Assembly: GCA_964035545.1 (NCBI GenBank)
Contig: OZ037767.1
Coordinates: 27,420,628-27,484,627 of the forward strand
Source of the DNA: Bugula neritina
Taxonomy: Eukaryota; Animalia; Bryozoa
DNA: 64,000 bases
Direction of reading: 5' to 3'
Part shown: in pieces, positions 19,132 through 38,575 of the stretch
Numbering within the stretch: the stretch's first letter is position 1
Layout: the number at the start of each line of letters is the position of its first letter
The notes under the pieces: model-generated
Database searches by the model: none
Told to the model about the DNA's origin: nothing
The model's input: the letters and a program-made list of their open reading frames with translations, nothing else
Position numbers and translations under genes: made by a program

Positions 19132-22100
19132 CTAAGGGTTGACAAACGACACCATGATGTAACGAGTACCCCCAGTGGTGGGTAGCCCTTCATGGAAATG
19201 AGTGAGACGGCCAGGGTGCATCAACATCCAACCCTTCCTCAGGCCAACCAATGTGCAGTTGTATCGAATGAATCGCACGCCGCCACCCTACAGTGCAAAA
19301 CATTAAACCAAATCACATACACAGCAACAATTTGGTAACAGTTCCATTGTTTTAGAGTTATCCTTTTATTCAGCTCAATCACGATAATGCTAAACCTTAA
19401 AACCTACTAATACGCGATTTATTCACTTAAATCCGGATTTGGATCAATGCATGAAATTGCATCACAAATATTTGCAAAATCATCGAGGCCTAAGATCAAA
19501 GTGCTGACACTAAAAGTTGACATTAAAAGTTGACCCTAGGCGCTGCCACTCAACACCACTAAGTATATCTAGGTTAGCAGCTCACTTCAGTCACACTGCT
19601 GTAATCCAGACAAATACAGACACTTGTATATATGAATTCAGGTTACTAGCACCACAACAAGTGCAACAACACAACACAACGCTTAACTGTAACTGCTTAA
19701 TAACTGATGACTACTAGCATTGGAGAGTACATGACTAACTGACAGAAACTTGAATGCTACGAGTCAGTAGAAAACTAGGAGTGCATGCGAGTGTTCTATT
19801 GGGTGGACAATAGCAAAGTTTATACCTCGTAGTCTATGTCTTTGGTGTTGAGAGCCATGTTGACCGTGAAAGTTGATGAGTCATGATGGGGGCGGAGACT
19901 CGGTTGCTCATCAGTTCGATATCGAACCACAAAATTCATAATCGCACTCAACTACAAGGACACGCCGGACTATGAAACACTCACAGTCGGGCAAAGCAAC
20001 AATGACACTACAGTGTATACTACCACATTATATTCTAATATATTACTTTATTTCAAATATAAAATACTTTTTGCTTTATTTGGCAAGTCTTTAGTGGCTA
20101 ATATTTTAATTGATTAAAGTTAAACCAATATATCATGAGTGGTATAACTGTACACAGTAGACTTACAGTGCTATGGTAACCCTCAAACACCTTCAGCTGA
20201 ACAGGGTGCACGTAATCCTTTAATAACTGTATCCAGTGGTCCTCCAGTCCAACCTGGTTCATGTGGATGTCACGGGTTGGGACGTTCTCATACCCTCCCG
20301 ATAATCTCTCATCCTATCGACATAACACAGAACATGCTATCATCATTACACGTCTGCTTGATAGAAGACAAGTTTTAATTATCAACTTATAATTTTGGTT
20401 TTCTCTTTATAAACAACACCAGTAATACATAATAGAAACAATGATAAAAATGCTATAAATTGAAGAAGATCCCTACATCATAGGAAGTACCTGCCTCTAC
20501 CTGTACAATTACAACAAGTAGACACGGCGCATACCTTGTTAGTCCCACCAGACCATTTACCAAAGGTCTCCATTGTGTGTATAAGGTCATCACAGTAGTA
20601 GTCGTTAACAATAGGAAACCAGAAAACATCAGTGCATGGCTGTAAATATAGTAGACCTCAGTGAATGAATTACTTCCTGTATAATACTCGTCAAATATTT
20701 CACACGTGCAAGTTCTCTGACAGTAATCATGTGACCCATTAGTAAAAAAGTATATCAAAATGTGTGCAAGTGAAATAATTTGAATACTTATTATGGTAAT
20801 ATATAAAATATGTAAGTTATGTTCTCCTCACCTGTTCCAACTCGTACGACTCATTGACTGATATTTTATAGAAATCTTCATGCAAGTAATGAAGTTCCCA
20901 GTCTAACTTATTGGTGAACTGCTCATGGAGCTCGGGCGCAGCTCTGCTGGTGTCATACGAGTCTGGGTTGATGAGGTGCCCGTAATGCTCCATGTTTACA
21001 ACATGCATAAACAGTCCCTGTAACATTAAAAAACACAGTCTAAAATAAATTATACGACTAATGGCTCAATAAAGTTCAGGAGAAGTAAGGTTTGAATGAG
21101 AAAGAAACTGCAGATACTCACGTGTTTCCTAGCGTTGTAAGCAAAAGCAACATCATAATCCTGGGGAGGAAACATATCTCCCACCTTGTAGGGATTCTTT
21201 GGTAAAAGACTGAGTTTAGATGCTTTAATAAGTTGCAGGCCGGACGTATAGGGCACGTTCCAAACACCCCTGTTGTATAAACGCTAATTAATGTATACGA
21301 CATTTAGAATTTGGTTGTGTAGTAAAACATTGCTTTAAATCAATTGTTTTCTATAACAAATTTGCAGAGACAAAATTATAGCCGACAAAATAAATTCACC
21401 AAAACAACTATTATTTTTATAATTACAAATATTCAATGGTTGAATTTTAAAATGAAATTCTGTGAATCATGAGCTTCTACCAAAACCTTTGTATTTTACA
21501 GCAAATTTTACATTCTAAGATAATCTTTAAATGAAATAAAATTCCCAACAAATTTCAACAATAATTTTGTGAGCGTAAAAGAATCAATTTCATGAAAGAA
21601 TCAAAATCGACATCAAATGTCTTTCCTAGCAACTAATCAGTGACATAAGGTATGGCAAACATGCGTACTCTAAGCTAATTGAGCAAAAACTGTAACAAAA
21701 ATAATAAATTTTTTTCAAGTGACAAATCAACGAGCATTCTATTAGCCTACACAGACGTAAGTGAACATTGAGGTTAAAGCGGACAGATAGTACAACAAAG
21801 GAAGTATCAGCGTTATACCTGATTGCAACTACAATGTTAGTAGATTGATTATGTAAAATAACAGTGTACATCACGCCCAAACTTTAAGAATATTACTGAG
21901 AATTCTAAACAAGTTTAGAAATAATAAACCAAAAAATAAAATGAGAAGTCGGGTTGTATAGAATATAATTTTGCACCTGAAGTACAGAAAGACAATTTAT
22001 ATAAACTTCAAAATCTCAGTTTTGGAATTATGCCAACATGTGTGTGCATTCACATAAAAACTAGTACAGGTTTGAGCTCATGAAAGGGTGACTGCTGACT

Positions 22101-23010
22101 TATGGACACTTATGATGCATGCGATTGTCACAAAACCACAACTTGTACTCTACATATTATTAGTAAATATCTAGAAACACACTGGGAACTACACAAGCTG
22201 TTAGAATGCAACAAACATGCCCAAAACTCAAGTTTCCTCAAAAGCTCGAAGCTATTTCTTAGATCTCAATAGACACAGCCTCTCATTTAAATAAACACAA
22301 ACTAAATTGAGTTCATTTATTAGTGTATAGGCATTATTAACTCTGTCATCAGCTACAGAAGCATTTTCTACATGAGTTAGAATATTTACATTTCTCCCTA
22401 GTCAGACACAACACAAACATCTCACGGACAACACCAACAGGAAATGGAGGTGGGGAGAGACTTACTGCTTGCTGTTTCCTACAATGTCATGATAATCATC
22501 AGACCGCTCGTAATAGTGAGTCCGCGACACTGAGCCCCAGAATGTGGACCAGAAAAACCCTGGCCTCATCAAAACAGGCGCAATCATGGACCTACAATGG
22601 TTTGTTAATAGCATGCGTGTTAATATGATAAAAACTAACACCTCGAGGTCGGAGGAGGCCGCATACTGACTGGTAGGAGCTGTCAGTATGCAGGGAGGTA
22701 TGTGTGACTACACAACGCCAGACTCACATCATTTCATAAGTAACATGATCTCTATAATTCTCTCCCTGGGCGTAGTAGCCATTTTCATTCTTTTCAGCCC
22801 AAAATGTGCTGAAGAGCAAGCCAGGGCGAACCATCATTGGCGTGATACAAGATCTAAGATACATCATCAGTGCATATGAATGCTATTACGAGCTCAATGT
22901 AAAAAATAAACATATACTTGTTATCCTTAACTATCGAGAAATAGCAATAAATTTAAGATAGGATAAATATGAATATAATGGCACAAATATAGATATGATA
23001 CAACATAATG

Positions 23011-23068
<58 letters not shown>

Positions 23069-26000
23069 TATATATATACAGTATAGTATTATTATAAGCA
23101 TGATATATTATAAACACGATATAATATAAATACGATATAATATATTGTAAGTACGATAATATATTATAAATATGATAAACATGATCAAAACATATAAATA
23201 ATTATTATAGCTGAGTGAACTGACTTGTTTAATGATACGAGATGTTCAAGAAGATCAGGTTTAGTAATCTGGGCTACAGAGTCAATAGAGAGGAGATATT
23301 CACATTTCTCATCAATACATTGTTGTCTGCAAAATAAAACACAAAACAATCAATTTATAATTTGTACACACCAAAAAAAGAATATTTCACAGCAAAGAAA
23401 ATGCACAATAAAAAGGAATTTGATTTATATAAGAACACATTAAAATTTGCTATTATTACAGCACATTATACAAACACAGGCACACACAGAGTGCATACAT
23501 ACATGTATATTTATATATATTCTATATTAAAAATAATAATAAGAAATATTATTTTACAGAGCTTTGTTCTTTCCCTCGGCAGCATTTAGTCCCTCAGCGG
23601 AGCTGATGTACTTCATGGACTTGTATGTATCTTTGTTTTTCTCCACCCAATCAGAGACAAGCTTCTCATGATACGCATGCTATAACACGTTACCAATAAA
23701 CTATGACATTTCCACTAGTAAAACATGGCTGCAGAACCTATGCAACTTTGTTGACTAATATAAAACGATGTAATTTGTATCCAGCAGTGATAGAAGCATT
23801 AAGATAATTGAAAGAAATGAAAAATAAAGTTTCTTCTAACCTGGTTATGTACAAGCACATCTAGCTTATCTTTAGGGTACGTTAATGCGTCTAGCCTATC
23901 AAACCAGTGATATAGAAATGGAGTTGTCTCCTCTATCATCAAAGTCATTAGAAGGGTGGGCAACTCCTTGGCATCACTAACGTCTATTATGTTCTTAGTA
24001 CAAGCATTGCATCCGCTAGTTGGAGTCCATGCATCATTTAGATAGGAGACCATCCTATTCAGCTTGTGCTATAGCATAACATTGAATACAAACTCATACA
24101 GCTGAAAAAGTATATATCCATATTTTCACTAGGATGATTATAAACAAGTCTGCATGCACTTTACCCATCATATTCACTCACACTAAACAAGAGCTCCACT
24201 ATCAACTAGGATATATACTACTTTACATTTTGGTAACATAGTTGTTATAGGCAATGAAGTGCAATAGTTTGAAAGTATTTTTTTCATTTCAAAGCTGCAT
24301 AAAAACGCTTAAAGAATGTGTAGGCAGCAAAATTGAATCAGACAAACACCAAAGTGTCAATTTTTTTTATAAAAATAATCAGTAAGCTTTTTAATTGAAA
24401 ACATATTTTAATTCTAAAATGTTATACTATTCAATACAACACTATAATGGAACTGAAACATCCGGAACTATTTTAGTTGGCTGTAAATTCAAATAAAAAA
24501 TAACACTCAAACTCACTTTGATTGGTCCATTCCCATGGATGACTAGAGGCCTGCTCCCGGTACCCACATTGAACAGATAACTCTTAGCATTCTTGTACTT
24601 TATATCAACTTGATCTAGAAGAATGATAAACCCAAGTGATTGTGAGTAGTACAGATGTTTGTGAACTACTAAGTAATACACATGACTTGTTTGGCACACA
24701 GTACAGGGAACTGAGCTTACCCAGTACGCCGTTCAGTGTTTGAAATATAGTTGATCTCTTGTCAAGCTTGATAGACATCCTGTCAATAGCTTCAGCAGGC
24801 GACAGCTTCGGAGCCTCATTCTGAGAGTACATTGAGCCGCCGTGTAACTAAATAGAACACAACTCTGTTTTATAGCACTTCTAACTTACGACAAAACAAG
24901 ATTAAATAAAGTGCATTTTAGCAAAGAAAATTACATAAAGAAAGGATACTAAAATGAGAATAGTTAATTCTTGACCTAGCAAAGCATATACATAGCCACA
25001 CTGGTTAACAAAACACATGTAACACAATGTTGATCAGAAAAAATAATGTAGAAATTGTTTTAAATGACCTAAAAGAAAGGAAAACCAATAATTAAAGCTC
25101 ACTAAATTAAACCTACATTGCTTTGGCCAGGAAATGATATAAGCAGGAAGTGAAGACGGTACAACTTACCTGCAGCTGATACTCATCAATAAAAAGATTG
25201 GTGAAGTAAAGCTGGTCATCATCCGCGTCAGCAATCTCATGATCAGTGAGCAGCTTGTATATAGAGTCAGCATAGCCCATGTAACCTCCAGAATTTAGAT
25301 ATCTCGACTCGCCTGTTCTAACGGGTGGGTACTTTACCTGCGCAATCATGTTATCATTATTCACCAAAGTACAACTATTTTCATGTAAACTGTGATGGAA
25401 GGTAAAGGGCAACTTACATGATTTCTATATTTTGCATTTCATGTGACTGATAAACCATTTGTTTTGTGAATTCAATACATTAAAGCACTATTTACATTCT
25501 AAACTTATGTCACTAGAAATTTGAAATAACATGTGTCCTTAATGGATCTCAGACAACAGAACTTAAGACAAGCTGCAGAGTTTACTAGTAATTATAAACA
25601 TACAGGCATACATATAACCTCCCCTAGTAACTTTAAATCTACTGCTAACTTTGAATGTGCAAGAATGAATATATATAGATTTATAAACACACACCATACA
25701 CACATATGTTACAACACAACATTTATCCAGGTTTAATTATTACCTGTTACTACAATATTATAAGTCCAAGAGACAGTATAATGTAACTAACTATACTAGC
25801 TATCTTGTAGATGTATTGGTAAACTGTTAGGTATGATCACATTAGCCACTTATAGGAACCTTAAAAGCACTCTAATACAGTGTTAGGTATGATCTTACCG
25901 CTAAAGAGGCGTCTGGCCATATAAATACTTCAGCTGAGAAAACCACAGAAGCTTGGAGATCCATAAATGCATCGATTATATTAGACTGACTTCCGTGCAT

Positions 26001-28673
26001 GATGGCGTCATAACTTGAGATAAAAAATAAATTCATTATTGGAATCATGTATGAAAGAAAAGGTCAATTATTACGTTTATTCAAGTAAATTCACTCAATT
26101 TAAAGCAAGACTGGGCTCAGTGCAAACTGCTTATAAAATTGTAGTTATCTAAAAATACAGCAACTTTTCAAACATGCAAAGTAAGAACTGGACACCAGCT
26201 GAGAACAACCAAAGAAGTAGATGTAAAAGAAAATAAACCATGACGACACATCTCATATTTTATTCACTTGTGTAATTCCTTCATTATTTCAATGCTGCCA
26301 TGAACTAGACATGCTGCCTATACCTGTCAGTGATGAGTAGTGCCAAGTCAGTTCTGTCTTTATACTTTTCAACAGCTTTTTTCAAAAGATTAATTTTCAT
26401 TCCTCCACCAGGCTTAGTTTCTATATCACCACCAGTCCACTCCATGCCAACACCAATTGGCTGCAAATGGCACCACAAATCATGTTAAAGTTGTAGAACA
26501 TTGTGATTAGCACATCTTATTTAACACCTAAGATAACCTGAGCCATGACTGACTGGTATAAAGAGTTCTTATAGTCATAACCAATCAACTGAGCTATATG
26601 ATTCCAACTCACAATGGAAGGAATAGTCACACTTTATGGATCACATCAAAGCGGAAGTATAAAGCTATCAATCATTCACTGCGTATAACAATGTTCACTA
26701 ATGGTGATACAATGAAGCGTCTAAATGTAAAAAACATACGCGGTATTCTGTTAAGTAATAATATATAGGTAATACACAATTTATGAAGCTATATTTCTTA
26801 TATTAGAAACCTTTTTCAATACAAATATCAAAATAACACCATAACACATTTATTTTACATAAAAGATTACATTTTTTAGACTGCTATAGGCATCTTAACT
26901 TCAAGAAAAATACTGTGGTGAAAAATGTATAGCTAAAATACAAAACATGCTGCGTTTTCCTGCTCACATGTGTTTTTCTAACATACCCAAACACTTTAGA
27001 AAATCTCGATTAATTATGTAATACTTCTAGTAGATAACGTATACAATTAGTACATTATTAAACTAAAGAAACCATAAAAAGCTATTACTATCAAATATGC
27101 AGTCACTGAAAAATTAATTAAGGAAGTATTTCCATATTTAATGGGAAAATATCTATTCTCAGTTAATCCTTGTTGTTGTTGTTGGCAAGGGCAGTAATCT
27201 CTAGAAAATATTATTTTACAGATGTCATACTAAGACAACAGAATAACTGAATGTTGCGCAAGTTAAGTTGAGTCAATGAAGCATAACAAATGTCGCTGTA
27301 CTTTTTAGTTGAATTTAAGGTGAAGAACAGGAGAAAGTCACGTCTGCAAAACGAAAACCAATCAAGCTTGACGTTTATTTCCAGAACATTCTTCCGAAGT
27401 AATGAAAAACCGCATTTCAAACCAATAAATCATTATCACTAATGTATTAGTTGGTAGACTAAAATATATCTTTATATCAAAGTTTCTAACATTACCTTTA
27501 AACTTCAAACTAAATTTTAAGTTAAATCTCAACCATTAAGTATCAATCGGAGACATAATCCAACACACTAATAGCCTACAACCTGATTATTTAAATTTCT
27601 ATAGCAAAATCTTCCTTTAATCTCACAAGCCACACCAACTACTGTATTCTTTCTTGACAAATTGAAATGTTACATTAACATTGATTATTTGAAATTATAA
27701 ACAACCAACCTCCAGAGTGAGTTTGTGTTGTATAACGGAGGCGAGAAATTGTTGATAGCCATCATGGTTAGCATCAGTAGCCACCGTCATAACAATCAGC
27801 TCTGCCGAATAGAAACATAGTTTTACTACTTTTAGATACTATACAAGACCCAACAATACAAATAGAATTATAGACAGATTTTAAGTTATTATGTCAAAAG
27901 ATTTGGCTGATTTTTGTTGTTGTAAATGTGGACCAATAAAATAAAACGGTTGCCTTTGCAACCTGTAATCTTTAAAAAAAGGGAGAAGATCTCACAAAAA
28001 ACCGTTGTTATAATTAGTAATGAGCCGTAGTAAGCAAATAAACTCAAAATAACAAGATGATTACTTAACATTAATAAATTGCTTTTTACAGAAAAATTTT
28101 CACTCGTAAAAGGTTGTACACTGTTATATATAAAATGAAATAAATGCGTTCAACAATGAACAACCATATCGCACACCAGTATTAAACAACCATAGAGTTT
28201 TTCAATTAAAAATAAATATACTTATTAGCATAGCTAAAAACTGTACTAGTAATGAAAAATTTTTCTTAATGTAAAAATAGCAAGAAATTTTTCGTATTTT
28301 AAATTAATAAATATACAATATTTAGATTATATATTAATGTTATAAGTAATATAAAAAAGAATATATACGTATTATATGCATATATTATGTATATGCATAT
28401 ATCGAGTTCCCATGCATTCACCCTCCAGGGGTTCTTAGTGGGAAACTCCCCCAAACTGAACTGAACTGAACCAGTGGTAAAAATATTATATCAGCTTGGC
28501 AGCTAAAACAATAACCAGGAGCTAATAACTTACTCATACCTATTGTGTGGCTTACCTTGAGGTCTTGGTCTCGAGGTTAAAACCTCACATGTCGATAGGC
28601 TCACCATCACAATTAGCAAATGATAAGCAAAGAGCACGGTGTAAGTATTTAAAAAGTTCCACGTTTGAGACAT
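19132..28673 (-). CDS. PLOD: Multifunctional procollagen lysyl hydroxylase/glycosyltransferase (PLOD/LH3-like)
   Basis: Signal-peptide-like N-terminus (ATG 28673). GT domain [44 protein letters not shown]; accessory domain; LH domain [24 protein letters not shown] (HxD), [22 protein letters not shown]. About 17 coding exons plus one duplicated exon. Confidence 0.95.
22466..22591 (-). CDS. PLOD: PLOD alternative exon B (candidate mutually exclusive exon; closer to family consensus)
   Basis: ttgtag|G...CA|gtaagt, 126 nt, phase 2-2, open: [41 protein letters not shown](Q). Confidence 0.88.
22728..22853 (-). CDS. PLOD: PLOD alternative exon A (candidate mutually exclusive exon; divergent variant)
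   Basis: cttag|A...AT|gtgagt, 126 nt, phase 2-2, open: [41 protein letters not shown](M). Confidence 0.8.
23012..23078. repeat. (TA)n microsatellite
   Basis: Long TA run in the PLOD intron upstream (in transcript terms) of exon A. Confidence 0.95.
28416..28471 (+). mobile_element. Short dispersed element (about 44 bp) with (AACTG)n tail, copy 1; possibly the 3' end of a 5'-truncated retroelement
   Basis: attcaccctccaggggttcttagtgggaaactcccccaaactga matches the reverse complement of 47900-47945 except for C-run length (5 vs 7). Confidence 0.65.
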
Positions 28674-29369
28674 GGTAATTCAATTAAAAACAATTGACAG
28701 TATAAACTTAGAGTAAACGTTAACCCCTAAAGAAGAGCTGGGCTGCCAATGTAGTGACACGGTCAATTAAAGCAACACTAACTCACAGTGACAGTCACTG
28801 CAAGCCTGACGCGAACAGGAAAATGAAGAGTATCACTAACACTAACACTACAGTAACTCTAAGTCAAAGTGTAACTGAAACGTGATTTACTAGCCGAGTT
28901 TTGATATAGTAAAAAAGCTATAGATGCGCACACCAATTTCACTTTGGTTGTCAGTGGTAAGTTGATGTTATTGCTTTACCAAAGCCTACGTGATGGTAGA
29001 TGCGGCTACTCGTAGTGCCACTACACAGGCCGTAAATGACTATCCCTACGAGCAGTTGTTGTGAAAATTAAAAGGAAATATTGCCACGCAAACAAATGGT
29101 TTCGCTTTGGCCAAATAGCTACACAATTGGCTAATTTTAATTGAAACCATACGCCTGTGTTTGAAAGTTGCATTGTTGAGGTGTTCGTGGTACCCTACTC
29201 TCTGTATATTTGCATATTTTTGGATCTTAGGTGAACAAAATATTAAAGCCTGTGGACTTAAACAGTTTTCTAATCATTTATATTTTATACTTGTACAAGT
29301 AGATTTTTGAAGAAAAGTTCGGAGTCATAACTATTAAAAAACATGCTTCGCCTTCAAGTAACGAATAGC

Positions 29370-29533
29370 TCTATAAGCAGCTCCGAGCTATAATTGAGTT
29401 AGACTGAGTGTAGCAGTTTGTGGTTTGTAAGTTTGGAGTTAGAAATTTGAGTTAAAAGTTGGAACCCCAACTCTAGGTTTGCGAATCCTAAATTATTGCA
29501 TCCAATCACCCCCAACTCGGAGCTGCTTATAGA
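29370..29533. mobile_element. Small MITE with perfect 18-bp terminal inverted repeats, between the divergent PLOD and SRM starts
   Basis: tctataagcagctccgag (29370-29387) / ctcggagctgcttataga (29516-29533). Confidence 0.7.
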
Positions 29534-29937
29534 ATAATTGTAGAATAACCACATGAATAAATGTCATTTTCAGTGACAGCACTTATTTCCATCATATAAA
29601 TTGGCTTTTGCCACCCGTTGACCGCAACCAAACGTTACTTGTATAATATGTTAGTACTTGTGTAACCGGTTTCTGATTGCAAACAACGCGTCATTGTGAT
29701 TCAGTAATACTAATACAGTAATAGTAATAGTAATTAACTAATTAATTTCAAATTGTTCCATTCATTTGACTTTGAGTTTCAGTTTGTTCTGCTACTAGTG
29801 CTAGTAGTTACACTTACTGTTAGTAGTTAGTGTCTGTGTTTCTACTAGTAGCCAGTAGGAATTACTCTTAGTCACTGCCAGTCAACAAATCCATCAAGGT
29901 CAACGCTAACTGTCAGACTCAGTGTCATAAAGTGATA

Positions 29938-36555
<6,618 letters not shown>

Positions 36556-38575
36556 TCACAGAAAGTGCTGGTACAGCAGTTGAACTCAGTATCAACATTA
36601 CAGCTGAAGCCAGTTTCAATCTCACCAGTTTTCTCTTTCTTTGTATCTCCACGTGACATTACAGCAATGTGGCCAGTTTCTGTTTTTGCTAGTCAATATT
36701 ATGTCTAATTTTACAAAATCAGTCTTGCAATTTTTGGCAACAGCTTATATAAGATAGAATAAATATTTGTGATTTCTTTTCTTACAACACTCTCTTATTG
36801 GTAAAGAGGTTCAACATTTTTAATGTCTCTAGAAAGTTTAAGATTCAATAGCAAATGTTTTGTATACTAAAAATATACTCTACAAGTACAATACAGTGTT
36901 GCAGAGATGTATAAATATCATTATTTAGCCTTAGATACTGCATTCATGGAACCCTTATGAATCTTATCCTACTATGCAAAGGAACCTGATTCACAATGCA
37001 AAAACTCAAGCTTTCCAGTAATATAACCAAATGCTTTAAACCTGGCATTTTGGGAAATATCAATTTATTTCAATAACGTGGTATTACTAAAAAGTTGACC
37101 TCAAATACACGTTTTTATAGAAAAAAATTTTGGTGTACAAACATTCTGCATCTAATGTTGAAACATTTTAGTGGCCAATAATTGAAATGCTGAAATCTCC
37201 AAATTAAACAAGTGCAGAATTTTATTTTTCACTTATAGTTTTCATTACACCATGTGATATTCTCTTCTAGATTCTAGACCTGCATAATTATTGTTGTGAA
37301 ATCGAATTTCTAATTTTACAATATTGCAAGAGATTATTTAAATTGCCTCTTTATGTCACCATAATCTTTCACAGTAATGGCAGGTTGCATCATTTAGTGT
37401 ACATCTTTTATAGCTGCAATTACTAATTTCAACCATGTTGATTATTTATATACTGTATTTATTTCAGTTAAGTACATGCTGTTGGATTTTACTTTAATGA
37501 ATTTTTGACCCATTAGCTAATCTTACATCATGATTTTGAATGAATAAAAATGACGCAATCATCCAGTTAAAAGATCCAATAGAGAACTTTTCACTGTAGC
37601 TCAAAACTTGTGAGATTTGTAACGGCTTTCATTAAAAATATTTTAAAACATAGTTTTAGCTGTTCAGAGGTTATACATAATTATGGTCTTGCAGTTTTGA
37701 CAGTTTTGTTAGTTTACTGCATGAAATATTTGAATTGCAATAGTTAATTAGTCATTGGTCAAGTTGCAATATAGCGGCAAAAAAGTGAAAAACCTAAAAT
37801 TTGAAACTTATTTTTAGCTCATTGCAATAAGCAATCATCACAATATATTGACAACTTCTAGTTACCTGCCAACTATTTATAGTGATTTGGTTATCAACAA
37901 AATATGTATATTTTACTTTATTACTAGCTAAGTTGAGTATATCATAGCTTATATTTTAGAGTTGATTTATACTTTGAAATAAATGTAACTGTACTTTTTC
38001 TAAAATACGTTTTTGTCCTTATAACTAGGCACAGATTTACATAATTGCTGCAAGATACTAACATTCATTTTAGATGAATTGCTTAGACTTTAGCATAGTA
38101 GTATTGCATATAACTGCAGCAACCTTTTTTTATAATTTTTGTGTTTATTGCAAACCAAGTTCTTGTGATTTAATGCTTAGTGTTATCATTAGTAGTATAA
38201 TGTATGTAGTTGTATTATTATATAACTACCCATCCGTAAAATTTAAAATATAATATCATTTATTAGGACAATAAATTATTTGACTATTTGAATGCACAAA
38301 AATATTATAATATCAGTTTCCTCAATTCAATACAACAGCTTGATTAAAAAGACCTACCGTATGTAAGAATATTATTTCTCTTATATGTCAACTAAATATA
38401 AAGCAAAAGTTGTAGACTTAGGATAATGCAAAATGTTCAATACAGAAATGCCAAATATAGTCAAAACCTACAACACTTCCTAGAACACGATTATCCATCA
38501 TACAATACTAAAATTAAACTGGTGGGCACAGAGCTTAACCCTCTGGTAGCGATAATTCCATCCTGGTGCAAAAGA

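Noticed and set aside
22688-22879. Plus-strand 63-aa ORF with a hydrophobic stretch
   Set aside because: Antisense shadow of PLOD alternative exon A.
28990-29055. Stems CTCGTAG/CTACGAG and GTAGT/ACTAC suggesting an ncRNA or ribozyme
   Set aside because: Short, mutually competing stems with no hammerhead or snoRNA core motifs.
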